IMG/VR virus record: IMGVR_UViG_3300025101_000028
Coordinates: 1-61,787 of that record
From: a virus
Lineage: Duplodnaviria; Caudoviricetes
DNA: 61,787 bases
Reading direction: 5' to 3' (one strand)
The notes under the pieces were generated by a model. It was not told the DNA's origin. It ran no database searches and saw only the letters and a list, made by a program, of their open reading frames with translations. The position numbers were made by a program, and so were the translations under genes. Each line of letters starts with the position of its first letter. Position 1 is the first letter of the stretch. Positions 1 through 8,047 of the stretch are shown one piece after another.

Positions 1-10
1 TTGACCGACT

Positions 11-316
11 TTAGAATCGGTCGCTACCGTCGAGGTTTGTCACACCTGTTGGAAAACCAACGCACTCAAGTTGTGCATGTGTGAGAGGGAATTGAGAATA
101 GTACTTCTGTTTAAGTCTTTTGATCTCACGTTGTGTGTATGTAAGGTGACGTTGTGCATAGGCCACACGGCTCATCATTTCTTCATATGATAGTGTTCTC
201 GTGTCAACATAATTGATGTTATAGATAAGTTGCTCATACTGGGCAATAAGTTTCTGATAACGTACAACGTCGTTGCAAAGGGATTGAAGTTGTTGCTCAA
301 ATGTGATGTTGTCCAT
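11..316 (-). CDS. hypothetical coiled-coil protein (early)
   Basis: 101-aa ORF with AGGAGG RBS directly behind promoter unit 345-398. Confidence 0.75.
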   Translation of the reverse strand: MDNITFEQQLQSLCNDVVRYQKLIAQYEQLIYNINYVDTRTLSYEEMMSRVAYAQRHLTYTQREIKRLKQKYYSQFPLTHAQLECVGFPTGVTNLDGSDRF

Positions 317-344
317 AAAGACCTCCTGTTGAAGTGATGTTTAT

Positions 345-398
345 AATATAATCCGTTTTCGTTTACTTGTCAAACTCAAAACGGACAGAAATTGACCG
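345..398 (-). promoter_or_regulatory. early promoter + palindrome (class A)
   Basis: TTGACA(373-368)-17-TATATT(350-345); CGGACA-GAAAT-TGACCG at 382-398, 8 bp upstream of -35. Confidence 0.85.
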
Positions 399-402
399 TT
401 GG

Positions 403-549
403 TTATTCACCGTTTATGAGCAGACGAATCATTTCATAGTAGAGAATTCCCACTATGGCAAGGCCAAAAGATACAGAACAAAACGACATGATAAGGTGAA
501 AAGTTGGATAGTCTGTATTCTCAAAAAAAGCAAAAATTGAATCGAACAT
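403..549 (-). CDS. small membrane protein, 48 aa (not in ORF track)
   Basis: MFDSIFAFFENTDYPTFHLIMSFCSVSFGLAIVGILYYEMIRLLINGE; GGAGG RBS; own promoter unit. Confidence 0.7.
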   Translation of the reverse strand: MFDSIFAFFENTDYPTFHLIMSFCSVSFGLAIVGILYYEMIRLLINGE

Positions 550-576
550 ATTGTCCTCCGTTGAAGTGATGTTTAT

Positions 577-630
577 AATATAATCTATTTTCGTTTACTT
601 GTCAAATCGTTTTCGGACAGATTTTGACCG
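577..630 (-). promoter_or_regulatory. early promoter + palindrome (class A)
   Basis: TTGACA-17-TATATT; CGGACA-GATTT-TGACCG at 614-630. Confidence 0.85.
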
Positions 631-735
631 ATATTCTGTTTCTTCCCTGACAAACGGAAATATCAATATGCTATACAGAACAATAGCAAGCCATGATGTT
701 GAAAAGCCTAAAGCAATTATGAGAAGTAAGTCCAT
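595..735 (-). CDS. small membrane protein, 46 aa
   Basis: start MDLLLII after GGAGG; one hydrophobic helix; C-terminus reads through the next palindrome and -35. Confidence 0.7.
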   Translation of the reverse strand: MDLLLIIALGFSTSWLAIVLYSILIFPFVREETEYRSKSVRKRFDK

Positions 736-765
736 TTGAACCTCCAATTTGTTGGTGATGTTAGT

Positions 766-818
766 AATATAACCCATTCAAAACTTCTGTCGACCTCTAA
801 ACGGACAGAAAATGTCCG
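766..818 (-). promoter_or_regulatory. early promoter + palindrome (class A)
   Basis: TCGACA-16-TATATT; CGGACA-GAAAA-TGTCCG at 802-818. Confidence 0.8.
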
Positions 819-838
819 AATTTCCCATAGGGAAATGA

Positions 839-892
839 ACCCTATAGAAATGTCAAGTATTTTCAAACCCTATAGAAAAGTCAAGTATTTTT
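839..892. repeat. tandem 25-bp direct repeat ACCCTATAGAAAWGTCAAGTATTTT x2
   Basis: copies at 839-863 and 867-892; same unit recurs at 15291-15347. Confidence 0.85.
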
Positions 893-902
893 CCTCAAAA
901 TG

Positions 903-1010
903 AAAAAACCCCGAACCTCACAAAATCCCTTTATTTTATAAGTCTTTTAGACTTATGGGAACCTTCCGAAGTCGGGGTTTTAGATAGCCTAGAGTCGAAC
1001 TGCTCTAGGT
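903..1010 (-). terminator. long structured terminator / candidate ncRNA
   Basis: AAAACCCCGA...TCGGGGTTTT stem enclosing ATAAGTCT/AGACTTAT hairpin; T-tract follows on minus strand; extra CCTAGAG/CTCTAGG hairpin. Confidence 0.55.
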
Positions 1011-1022
1011 GAAACTAGCAAT

Positions 1023-1265
1023 TTATTTCCTCTGTGGTGGTTGGCATACACCATTTTGTATGAGTGCATGTGCGTTACGTCCGTACCAACCTTGCAACGT
1101 CCATGCATGCCCACTGTTGATCAAGTACTGCCAAGCCTGTACTTTTGCTGTGTATGAGTCCACACCGTCGGGGATTTCCACGAATTCCTCTATGATCCCA
1201 CATGCTGTGTAAAGGTCGGTTATGGCGAAAGGGAAAAGATTTTGTTGATTATTTTCGTTAGACAT
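1023..1265 (-). CDS. conserved-type phage hypothetical protein
   Basis: WQxLIxSGxAWxLQGWYGRxA motif typical of a small phage protein family. Confidence 0.75.
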   Translation of the reverse strand: MSNENNQQNLFPFAITDLYTACGIIEEFVEIPDGVDSYTAKVQAWQYLINSGHAWTLQGWYGRNAHALIQNGVCQPPQRK

Positions 1266-1447
1266 GGGCGATTCCTTTGTTGTGGTGCTAGTTATGTGAG
1301 TGATGTGTTAGGTACGTCTATGAGATTATCTGACAAACGTAATGGTTACTTAGATACATACTGTTTACAGGCTTGTATTGTACTGTGTACAAGGTTTTAA
1401 GATAGCCCATAGGGTAGTAGGGTAGGGGGGTAGGCTCTAGGGTGGTA

Positions 1448-1927
1448 TCAGGGTAGTATATCCTTTGGTAGAATGAAGAAATTTTTCGGGTTGTGGTCGG
1501 GGTAAACTATTCGGTGACATTCCCTGTGGAACATATCCTCCGACCATGCTTGTGACCAACGAGCCTCTTTAGGATATGGGTGATTCCCTATCTGAACAAA
1601 GTACAAGTTTGGATAATAAGTTTCAAGTGTTGAATTCTTCATATCTAAAAACCTGTTAGCCACGTTGGGATATTGAGTGTGATAGCCTGTAAGTATGTCG
1701 TCCTTGACATGGACAATAGGTGTGTAAACTACTCTATCTTCAGGATCAACCTTTATGCCTTGATTGTCTAACCAATTTTTAAAGTCACGTTGCCATACAC
1801 CCATTCTCTTATAGACAGTGTTGTCCTTCCACACATAGATAGGGTGGTCTGAGTTATAAGCCATTTGTTGAAAATCAACATGATTTGGGTTAATAGCCAT
1901 ATGATATAAGTTAGATGAAAATTCCAT
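1448..1927 (-). CDS. hypothetical protein
   Basis: 159-aa ORF, AGGAG RBS, own promoter unit. Confidence 0.75.
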   Translation of the reverse strand: MEFSSNLYHMAINPNHVDFQQMAYNSDHPIYVWKDNTVYKRMGVWQRDFKNWLDNQGIKVDPEDRVVYTPIVHVKDDILTGYHTQYPNVANRFLDMKNSTLETYYPNLYFVQIGNHPYPKEARWSQAWSEDMFHRECHRIVYPDHNPKNFFILPKDILP

Positions 1928-1956
1928 TGTTGTCTCCTGTGTTGTTGTATATAAAT

Positions 1957-2010
1957 ATTATAACCTGTTCTCAATCACTTGTCAAATTCTTATCGGACAA
2001 TTTTTGACCG
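1957..2010 (-). promoter_or_regulatory. early promoter + palindrome (class A)
   Basis: TTGACA-17-TATAAT; CGGACA-ATTTT-TGACCG at 1994-2010. Confidence 0.85.
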
Positions 2011-2013
2011 AAT

Positions 2014-2118
2014 TCACTTATTGTCCTCTCTGTCGTCACGACATTTGCATACCGCTTGCTTTGTTACCACTAGGACAAGGCATATTGCAAACATTATTGT
2101 TACTGTTTCCTCTATCAT
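2014..2118 (-). CDS. small membrane peptide, 34 aa
   Basis: MIEETVTIMFAICLVLVVTKQAVCKCRDDREDNK; TAATG coupling to the upstream gene. Confidence 0.5.
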   Translation of the reverse strand: MIEETVTIMFAICLVLVVTKQAVCKCRDDREDNK

Positions 2119-2315
2119 TATAATCTGTCCTCGTTCACCCATTCGTTTCCTTGCTTGACTTTTATTCCGACAAGTCTCTCGTATGTTCTCGCCTTGTAGC
2201 GAATATGTTGGAATAACTCATTCCTTGTGCCTGTAAACTCTATGTCTCTTTTCTCTCCAGCATAGCGACATATCTTTGTTGATGGTGTGTGTAGTGTGAA
2301 TAAGAATGTTGTCAT
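2118..2315 (-). CDS. hypothetical protein
   Basis: GGAGG RBS behind promoter unit. Confidence 0.7.
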   Translation of the reverse strand: MTTFLFTLHTPSTKICRYAGEKRDIEFTGTRNELFQHIRYKARTYERLVGIKVKQGNEWVNEDRL

Positions 2316-2342
2316 GATGACCTCCGTTTGAATGATGTTTAT

Positions 2343-2386
2343 AATATAACCGATTGATGAAATATTGCAAGGACAAATTATGTCCG
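2343..2386 (-). promoter_or_regulatory. early promoter + palindrome (class B, abutting -35)
   Basis: TTGCAA-16-TATATT; AGGACA-AATTA-TGTCCG at 2370-2386. Confidence 0.8.
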
Positions 2387-2590
2387 TTTTTGTTTTATGT
2401 CCTCTACAAGGATAAGATGATCAATGTTGCATAAAACTCTTTTCTTGTTGGCATGACGACCATTGAGAAACTTTACCCACAGTAAGTCATCTTGATTGCA
2501 TACCCTCCGAGCAATACCGACAACGACACCATAGTCTAACCTACCTCTATTCAAGTCCACTTCCCACGTTACTAAACTTCCTACTTGCAT
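2378..2590 (-). CDS. SH3/KOW-like small protein (array member)
   Basis: MQVGSLV...YGVVV...VKF pattern. Confidence 0.75.
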   Translation of the reverse strand: MQVGSLVTWEVDLNRGRLDYGVVVGIARRVCNQDDLLWVKFLNGRHANKKRVLCNIDHLILVEDIKQKRT

Positions 2591-2757
2591 TTTATCTCCT
2601 CTAAATGATGAAATGGTAGTAAGTAATTCCTACCGTTGATAAGGACATAGTATTGACCACTTCTGTTCTTTGGTTTTATAATAAGCCCGATAGAGCCGTA
2701 ACCAATAAGATAGTTATCGTATCTGTCTATGTATCTGAACAAATCACCTACTTGCAT
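2581..2757 (-). CDS. SH3/KOW-like small protein (array member)
   Basis: MQVGDLF start, GGAGG RBS, ends LEEIKCK. Confidence 0.75.
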   Translation of the reverse strand: MQVGDLFRYIDRYDNYLIGYGSIGLIIKPKNRSGQYYVLINGRNYLLPFHHLEEIKCK

Positions 2758-2942
2758 ATTGCCTCCAAATGTCCTGACCATGCCGATCCTTTCTGTCCAT
2801 TCGGGAGAAGAACCCAATGACTATTCGCATAGCGACGATCTTCTTCTATATAGACCACCAAAGCACCTTTGTAAAAGTTTGTATTATTGATGTTCAAGTC
2901 CATTCCTAACTTGTAAAGTTTTCCCTGTATCAGTGTCCTCAT
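2748..2942 (-). CDS. SH3/KOW-like small protein (array member)
   Basis: MRTLIQGKLY start, ends LEAICK. Confidence 0.7.
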   Translation of the reverse strand: MRTLIQGKLYKLGMDLNINNTNFYKGALVVYIEEDRRYANSHWVLLPNGQKGSAWSGHLEAICK

Positions 2943-2944
2943 AA

Positions 2945-3226
2945 TTATCTCCTGTCCATAACCCAAAATTGATGTTTCGTGGTGGTGTATTGTAGGTATC
3001 CCCACACACCTGTGTTTGGGCATTGTTCTAAACAGAACATTTCCACAAGTGCGTTCTCATATCCGTTGTAAGATTGTAGGTCTGTGACAACATAGAAACG
3101 ATATCCACAAGTGATAAGGTCGCCAATCTCTACGTCGTGAATGGACTTGTTACTTCTCGGTAACTTCGCTATTCTTAATCTCTCATCTATGAGGGCTTGT
3201 TGTTGTGGTGAAAATTGTTGTGTCAT
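2945..3226 (-). CDS. hypothetical protein with SH3-like domain
   Basis: VEIGDLI motif; AGGAGG RBS before MTQQF. Confidence 0.7.
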   Translation of the reverse strand: MTQQFSPQQQALIDERLRIAKLPRSNKSIHDVEIGDLITCGYRFYVVTDLQSYNGYENALVEMFCLEQCPNTGVWGYLQYTTTKHQFWVMDRR

Positions 3227-3257
3227 TGTTGACCTCCTGTGTTTCAATGATGTTTAT

Positions 3258-3310
3258 AATATAACTGATCCACAAAATAATGCAAATGCCAAACGGACAA
3301 TTTTTGACCG
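3258..3310 (-). promoter_or_regulatory. early promoter + palindrome (class A)
   Basis: TTGCAT/TATATT; CGGACA-ATTTT-TGACCG at 3294-3310. Confidence 0.8.
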
Positions 3311-3372
3311 AAACGATAAAGGCTCGTATTTCACGTTTTAAGAGCCTAAATCATTATCGTGGTGTCCTTACA

Positions 3373-3813
3373 CTAGATTAACTTGAAAAAGGCACTATCG
3401 CCCTCTAACGTGGTTGGAATAAGGATGTGCGTGATTACCCCACCATATATCAATGCGTCAATCATTTGGCATCTATAGGCACGTTGTTGATCCTCGACAG
3501 GTTTACCTAACTCGCCATAGGCAAGGTTTTTGAGCTTATTACTTCTCCACTGTGAGTTAAATCCCCACTGCATGACCTCTGTTGCAAAGCACTTGTTTCC
3601 ACGATTGTAGACTACTGCGTATTTTTTACCGTTGTATTCGATATGTTCTGCAAGGACAATTTGTTCGGGTTGTGATATTCGTTGCCAACGACCGTCTTTG
3701 TGCGACCATTTGACCTCTGTGGCGATAATCTTTGTACCATCAAAAATTACTTCTTTGTTGTACTTGTACGGTGTACGTGCCTTGAAATGGGTTGCTAATT
3801 TATCGTAACTCAT
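3373..3813 (-). CDS. hypothetical protein
   Basis: 146-aa ORF, GGAGG RBS. Confidence 0.75.
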   Translation of the reverse strand: MSYDKLATHFKARTPYKYNKEVIFDGTKIIATEVKWSHKDGRWQRISQPEQIVLAEHIEYNGKKYAVVYNRGNKCFATEVMQWGFNSQWRSNKLKNLAYGELGKPVEDQQRAYRCQMIDALIYGGVITHILIPTTLEGDSAFFKLI

Positions 3814-4117
3814 AAGATACCTCCTCTGTATCGTCTATATCGGGTTCGTTTGGTAGTATAACTATTTTCAAGTATCTCTGTGCTGACCTCTCAGACACGA
3901 ACACTTCACCTCTCACTATATCACAAGCACCGTCTTTGAGAGCCTTGTAAATTGAATAGTATTTTCTATCTTCATGTAGGTACTCTGTGACAAAGTACTT
4001 GCCACCGTAGAGTGTGGGTAGTACCCTTGTTTGATGTGCCTTCTGTCGGGCTTTGTCAAAGAATGAGTAACCATTTTCCCTTGACAAGATAATTATATCG
4101 TTGATTGTTTCAAACAT
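3800..4117 (-). CDS. phage hypothetical protein
   Basis: 105-aa ORF, AGGAGG RBS, FF...YFVTE...Y pattern. Confidence 0.75.
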   Translation of the reverse strand: MFETINDIIILSRENGYSFFDKARQKAHQTRVLPTLYGGKYFVTEYLHEDRKYYSIYKALKDGACDIVRGEVFVSERSAQRYLKIVILPNEPDIDDTEEVSYELR

Positions 4118-4254
4118 TATTCCTCCTGTGGTTGTTTTTTATGTTTGTCTTTTCTTGTGTATTTCGATTTATCTCTGTGAGAGCCAGCCTTTCGGTTCTG
4201 TTCGATATGCACTTGATGAATGATGTTTCGTTTCTTAGGGGTTTTTTTAGACAT
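4117..4254 (-). CDS. small basic protein with ArfA-like HxDKxKYxRKxKH tail (not in ORF track)
   Basis: MSKKTPKKRNIIHQVHIEQNRKAGSHRDKSKYTRKDKHKKQPQEE; TAATG coupling to next gene. Confidence 0.65.
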   Translation of the reverse strand: MSKKTPKKRNIIHQVHIEQNRKAGSHRDKSKYTRKDKHKKQPQEE

Positions 4255-4329
4255 TGTTGTGTCCTCTGAATAGAGGTATCCTCAACACTACACTGTGAGA
4301 GAGGACACCGATGAAAAAGAGCAAAGAGA

Positions 4330-5388
4330 TTATTGCCCTGCTGTCAAGATTTTCACTATGAAGTCTTGAACAGAACCTTGTTTGGTCTGTAGACCATGAA
4401 GTTTGGCCACGTTGTGAGTAGCCTCCTCGCCACTGCCCATAGCTTGCCACAGTGTCATAGCAATCTCGGAGGGGAGTGTTGTGAAGTACTCTGCGAGGTT
4501 TTGCAATTGCTTGTCTTTTAACTTCGTGTCAAACGACTTCTTAGCCTTGAATTTCTCGATAAGACTGTTATGGTCGTTAATCTTAAACTTCTTAGTCAAC
4601 TTAACATTACCCTTGTCAAGGATATCTTCGGGAGTGACGACCTTGCAATAGTTTTTAACATAGTCATTGAAAGCCATAGCACCCTCAAAGCCGATAAAAG
4701 AGTGTGACAAGTGATACAAGGTTGTGCCATGTTCGATCTTTCCAACTTGTTGGAGAGTCTGTGACAGACGTTCCCAAGACCTACGACTAGGATAAATCTT
4801 GTTAGGCTCGAATGTATCCTTGTGTTCCAAGTGATTGTGATTGTGGTTGATGAAGTCCCAAATCTGATCTGCGACTTTACCCTCTGCCCAAGCCAACCAA
4901 TCCTCAACAGTAGGCTCTACATCAAAGACAGTGTAACGGTCTAACTCGGCAGGGTCGAATTCGTTGACTTGATACTCTGCACCATGTTGCCCACCGTTGA
5001 CACAAGCGAAGATAAGTGTGTCGGGGTGTAGGCTATGACCAGCAATTTTGCGAGAGTCACACAATTCAAAGATACCTTGTCGGACTTCTAGTGTCGCTCT
5101 GTCTACCTCGTCAAGGAATAGGACAACAGGATTTTTACATGCATTGTCTAACCATTCAGGTGCAAGCCACTGAGTGACGTTGTTGTTTACTTTTGGTAGA
5201 CCAAGCAAGTCACCTTCGGTCATCTGTGAGGCACGACGTTCTACAACAGGTAAGCCACGTTCTTTTGCTATCTGATAGACAACGGTGGATTTACCGATAC
5301 CATGTCTACCACGAAGTAAAACGGGAAACTTGCTATCAAGTACGTGAGGAAGGATATTGTTAATGAGAGTTTTGAAATCAATAGTCAT
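4330..5388 (-). CDS. MoxR-like AAA+ ATPase
   Basis: Walker A GRHGIGKS, DLLGLP, Walker B LFLDEVDRA, DPAELDRY, PSRRSW. Confidence 0.9.
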   Translation of the reverse strand: MTIDFKTLINNILPHVLDSKFPVLLRGRHGIGKSTVVYQIAKERGLPVVERRASQMTEGDLLGLPKVNNNVTQWLAPEWLDNACKNPVVLFLDEVDRATLEVRQGIFELCDSRKIAGHSLHPDTLIFACVNGGQHGAEYQVNEFDPAELDRYTVFDVEPTVEDWLAWAEGKVADQIWDFINHNHNHLEHKDTFEPNKIYPSRRSWERLSQTLQQVGKIEHGTTLYHLSHSFIGFEGAMAFNDYVKNYCKVVTPEDILDKGNVKLTKKFKINDHNSLIEKFKAKKSFDTKLKDKQLQNLAEYFTTLPSEIAMTLWQAMGSGEEATHNVAKLHGLQTKQGSVQDFIVKILTAGQ

Positions 5389-5441
5389 GAAAGACCTCCG
5401 AATGATTGAATGAAAAGATTGTTTGAATGTTTAGTGTTTAT

Positions 5442-5486
5442 AATATAATTAGGTTGGAAGAAAAAGTCAAGGACAAAAAATGTCCG
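5442..5486 (-). promoter_or_regulatory. early promoter + palindrome (class B)
   Basis: TTGACT-17-TATATT; AGGACA-AAAAA-TGTCCG at 5470-5486. Confidence 0.85.
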
Positions 5487-5494
5487 ATTTAGTT

Positions 5495-5698
5495 TTATGT
5501 CGTCTTAAAGCCAATTGTTGGCTTATCCTCTGTTTCTTCACTTGTAGGCTTTGGCATGGGTAGGGGTAGACCACCTAACGCACCTAGCATAGCAAGGGGA
5601 TTGATTGGTGTTCCTGTCGGACTTGTTGTGGATATTAACTTTGCAATCTCAATGATAGCATTGTCAGACAGTGTGATTGTGATTTTGTTGTCGCTCAT
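5495..5698 (-). CDS. hypothetical protein ending in IGF motif
   Basis: GGAGG RBS; Pro-rich linker; C-terminal KPTIGFK. Confidence 0.7.
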   Translation of the reverse strand: MSDNKITITLSDNAIIEIAKLISTTSPTGTPINPLAMLGALGGLPLPMPKPTSEETEDKPTIGFKTT

Positions 5699-5725
5699 AG
5701 CAACCTCCGTTTGTTTGATATAAGT

Positions 5726-5779
5726 AATATAATTGATTTTGAATTGTTTGTCAAATTAGATTCGGACAATTTATGTCCG
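5726..5779 (-). promoter_or_regulatory. early promoter + palindrome (class A)
   Basis: TTGACA-17-TATATT; CGGACA-ATTTA-TGTCCG at 5763-5779. Confidence 0.85.
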
Positions 5780-6055
5780 TTTTCGTTTTAACTCTCTGAA
5801 GAAGAAAGCCGTTGGGGGTCTGATATTATCATTCTCTGCTTTGACATTGATCCAATCTACCTTTATGGGGTATTTGTTGCTACGAGAATAGTTTATCTCC
5901 ACGATAAGACCGACCATATCTTTATGGTTACATTCAAGTAACCTATCGTTCTGTTCGGTTGTGAGAGCGTAGGGAGAAATTGCTACCAAGTCACCTACTC
6001 GAAACTTGCCTTGCCTACCCTCATGTTCTCTATATTTCCATTTTTGTGTTGTCAT
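5771..6055 (-). CDS. SH3/KOW-like protein
   Basis: FRVGDLV...VGLIV...IKVDW; GGAGG RBS before MTTQK. Confidence 0.75.
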   Translation of the reverse strand: MTTQKWKYREHEGRQGKFRVGDLVAISPYALTTEQNDRLLECNHKDMVGLIVEINYSRSNKYPIKVDWINVKAENDNIRPPTAFFFRELKRKRT

Positions 6056-6124
6056 ACTGACCTCCGTTAAAAAAAACTTATTGCCCACCCATACCCGACT
6101 ACTGTGTAGTCTCAACCTTTTTTA

Positions 6125-7360
6125 TTATCCCTCTATCGGGATACCGATAACTTTCTCATTGGTAGAGAAGTATGGATTTTTTGCGTGGTAGTCAGAAGTA
6201 AACCATATTCTCTGACATCTACTTGCTACAGGCTTTGGGGCTTCCATGTCGGTCAACACGATATGACCGTCAAAGCCACCGTTATTGTTGACCCATTCTG
6301 TCGGTGCATTAAAGCAAGTACCACCACACAGTACCCTCTCGGTAGCCTTTCTCTGACCTTTCTTCCACACATAGATTTTAGACTCGTCTACACTAGTGTC
6401 GAAAGGTACGACAGTAAACTCTGCAAGTTTGGAAAGCCCATTCAATTCGGAGAAGAAAGCCTGTAGCATAGCATCCGACACTGAGCCACTTTGGTCGATA
6501 GAGATAGCAATTTTTGCTGTTCTGTTGACCTTCTTACCAGCATGAATGTAGGGGAATCGTGGGTTGATTCGTCGCACTGTAGACCTTTTGTTGCTACGTT
6601 GGGAAGTCTTGATGAAGTAACGTAAAACCTTCTTCCAATCGACCTTTGGGGTTATCATGTCAATGATACGTTCTTGCATACTAGCACCTACCGTACCCCA
6701 ACCCTGTCCACGACTTTGGACTTCTTTAACAGCGTCCTCTACTGCTTGTCGCATACGTTCTTTTGCCATTTGTTTGGTGTCCTCGTCTGCCTCACCCCAC
6801 CCACTGTGGTCGTCCATGCTGTCGGGTTCGCCTCCTCCTTGACCTTGACCATCACCGTCGCCCTCACCTTGCTTACCATGTTTGGGGTCGTATGCACCCT
6901 CTTGATTTTGTTGGTCTTGTTGGAGTTTGGAGTAATACCATTCTGCACTTTGCTCTTTTGGATAGGACTCAAAGATACCTCTCGTAGGAATACAACCACC
7001 TTCGGGTAATTCATCCATAAGGAATGAGTTAATAGCCAAGTCTGTGGCGATATTCCACACCTTAGACATACCTTCGGGGGGTAGTCTACCTGTGACATGT
7101 TCAAAAATAATGTGATAGAATTCGTGTTTGAGAACACCTAGTTTTTGCTTATCAGATAGTCTCTCGAAGAATTCGGGATTATAGACCATTTCAAATGTAC
7201 CACTACCCTCATTGAGGCACACACCAGCCGTAGGTATGGCACTAGTCTGTGATTTATTGATACGTCTTGACAATGCTGCAAAGAACGGTTCTGCTTGTAA
7301 CAAGCGATAAGTGTGTAAGTCCAAATCAAACTTTGGTTTTTTGGTTGGTTTATCAGTCAT
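6125..7360 (-). CDS. putative metallopeptidase-VWA protein (DUF2201-type), MoxR partner
   Basis: HEFYH zinc motif, WNIATDLAIN, DDHSGW, MIDAS-like IDQSGSV, GGT, VLTD. Confidence 0.85.
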   Translation of the reverse strand: MTDKPTKKPKFDLDLHTYRLLQAEPFFAALSRRINKSQTSAIPTAGVCLNEGSGTFEMVYNPEFFERLSDKQKLGVLKHEFYHIIFEHVTGRLPPEGMSKVWNIATDLAINSFLMDELPEGGCIPTRGIFESYPKEQSAEWYYSKLQQDQQNQEGAYDPKHGKQGEGDGDGQGQGGGEPDSMDDHSGWGEADEDTKQMAKERMRQAVEDAVKEVQSRGQGWGTVGASMQERIIDMITPKVDWKKVLRYFIKTSQRSNKRSTVRRINPRFPYIHAGKKVNRTAKIAISIDQSGSVSDAMLQAFFSELNGLSKLAEFTVVPFDTSVDESKIYVWKKGQRKATERVLCGGTCFNAPTEWVNNNGGFDGHIVLTDMEAPKPVASRCQRIWFTSDYHAKNPYFSTNEKVIGIPIEG

Positions 7361-7391
7361 GGATAATCTCCTGTGTTGAAGTGATGTTTAT

Positions 7392-7445
7392 AATATAACT
7401 AGAAATGAAATGATTGTCAAATCGTAAACGGACAATTTTTGTCCA
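7392..7445 (-). promoter_or_regulatory. early promoter + palindrome (class A)
   Basis: TTGACA-17-TATATT; CGGACA-ATTTT-TGTCCA at 7429-7445. Confidence 0.85.
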
Positions 7446-7794
7446 AGTCAATAATTACTGCCTCTGGCTCGTCACGATACCTACTAATAATATCTGTACA
7501 GAATACACGTTGTTCCTGTGACATGTGACTTACAAGCTCTTTGGTTGGTAGCAACCACTGTGGTAAAGGGAACAATCTGCTCGCTATATACTTTGCACTG
7601 TGTAAATACCTAGTGCTACAGATCAATGCACCACATGACATGTGTGTTAGTTTGTAAGTTTTTGAGTGATTATCTTTATAGATTAAAAACGGATAGTGAA
7701 TGTAGTGTACACCGTTGTCGGTTGTCCATTCAAGATTAGTCTTTGTGTACTTATAGTCACCATTTTTACGTTTGAATTTAAGTATACTTCGCAT
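7417..7794 (-). CDS. hypothetical protein
   Basis: 125-aa ORF with GAGG RBS. Confidence 0.7.
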   Translation of the reverse strand: MRSILKFKRKNGDYKYTKTNLEWTTDNGVHYIHYPFLIYKDNHSKTYKLTHMSCGALICSTRYLHSAKYIASRLFPLPQWLLPTKELVSHMSQEQRVFCTDIISRYRDEPEAVIIDLDKNCPFTI

Positions 7795-7999
7795 AGTTAC
7801 CTCGTAATAGATTGTATTGAAGATTGTTGATATCTCGGACTAACTCCTCAACGTCAATGTTATCTTTTATCTTGAAGATAACTTTGTTGTTGACCTCTCG
7901 TATCCATTCGATGTAATCGGGGGGAATGAGAGTTTGCACTGCGATAGAGTTTTTACTATCGGTGACAATTATTTGTCCTGTCTCTACTAACCTAGCCAT
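7778..7999 (-). CDS. hypothetical protein
   Basis: 73-aa ORF behind promoter unit. Confidence 0.65.
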   Translation of the reverse strand: MARLVETGQIIVTDSKNSIAVQTLIPPDYIEWIREVNNKVIFKIKDNIDVEELVRDINNLQYNLLRGNYAKYT

Positions 8000-8047
8000 T
8001 GTGTCAATCCTTACAAAGTAACACAGTAACTAGGTGTTTGATTATGT

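Noticed and set aside
985-1012. tRNA (GTTCGACTC T-loop-like motif on the minus strand)
   Set aside because: No acceptor, D or anticodon arms; it is a single hairpin
4259-4308. Hammerhead ribozyme
   Set aside because: CTGA is present on the plus strand, but the CUGANGA/GAAA core is not correctly formed
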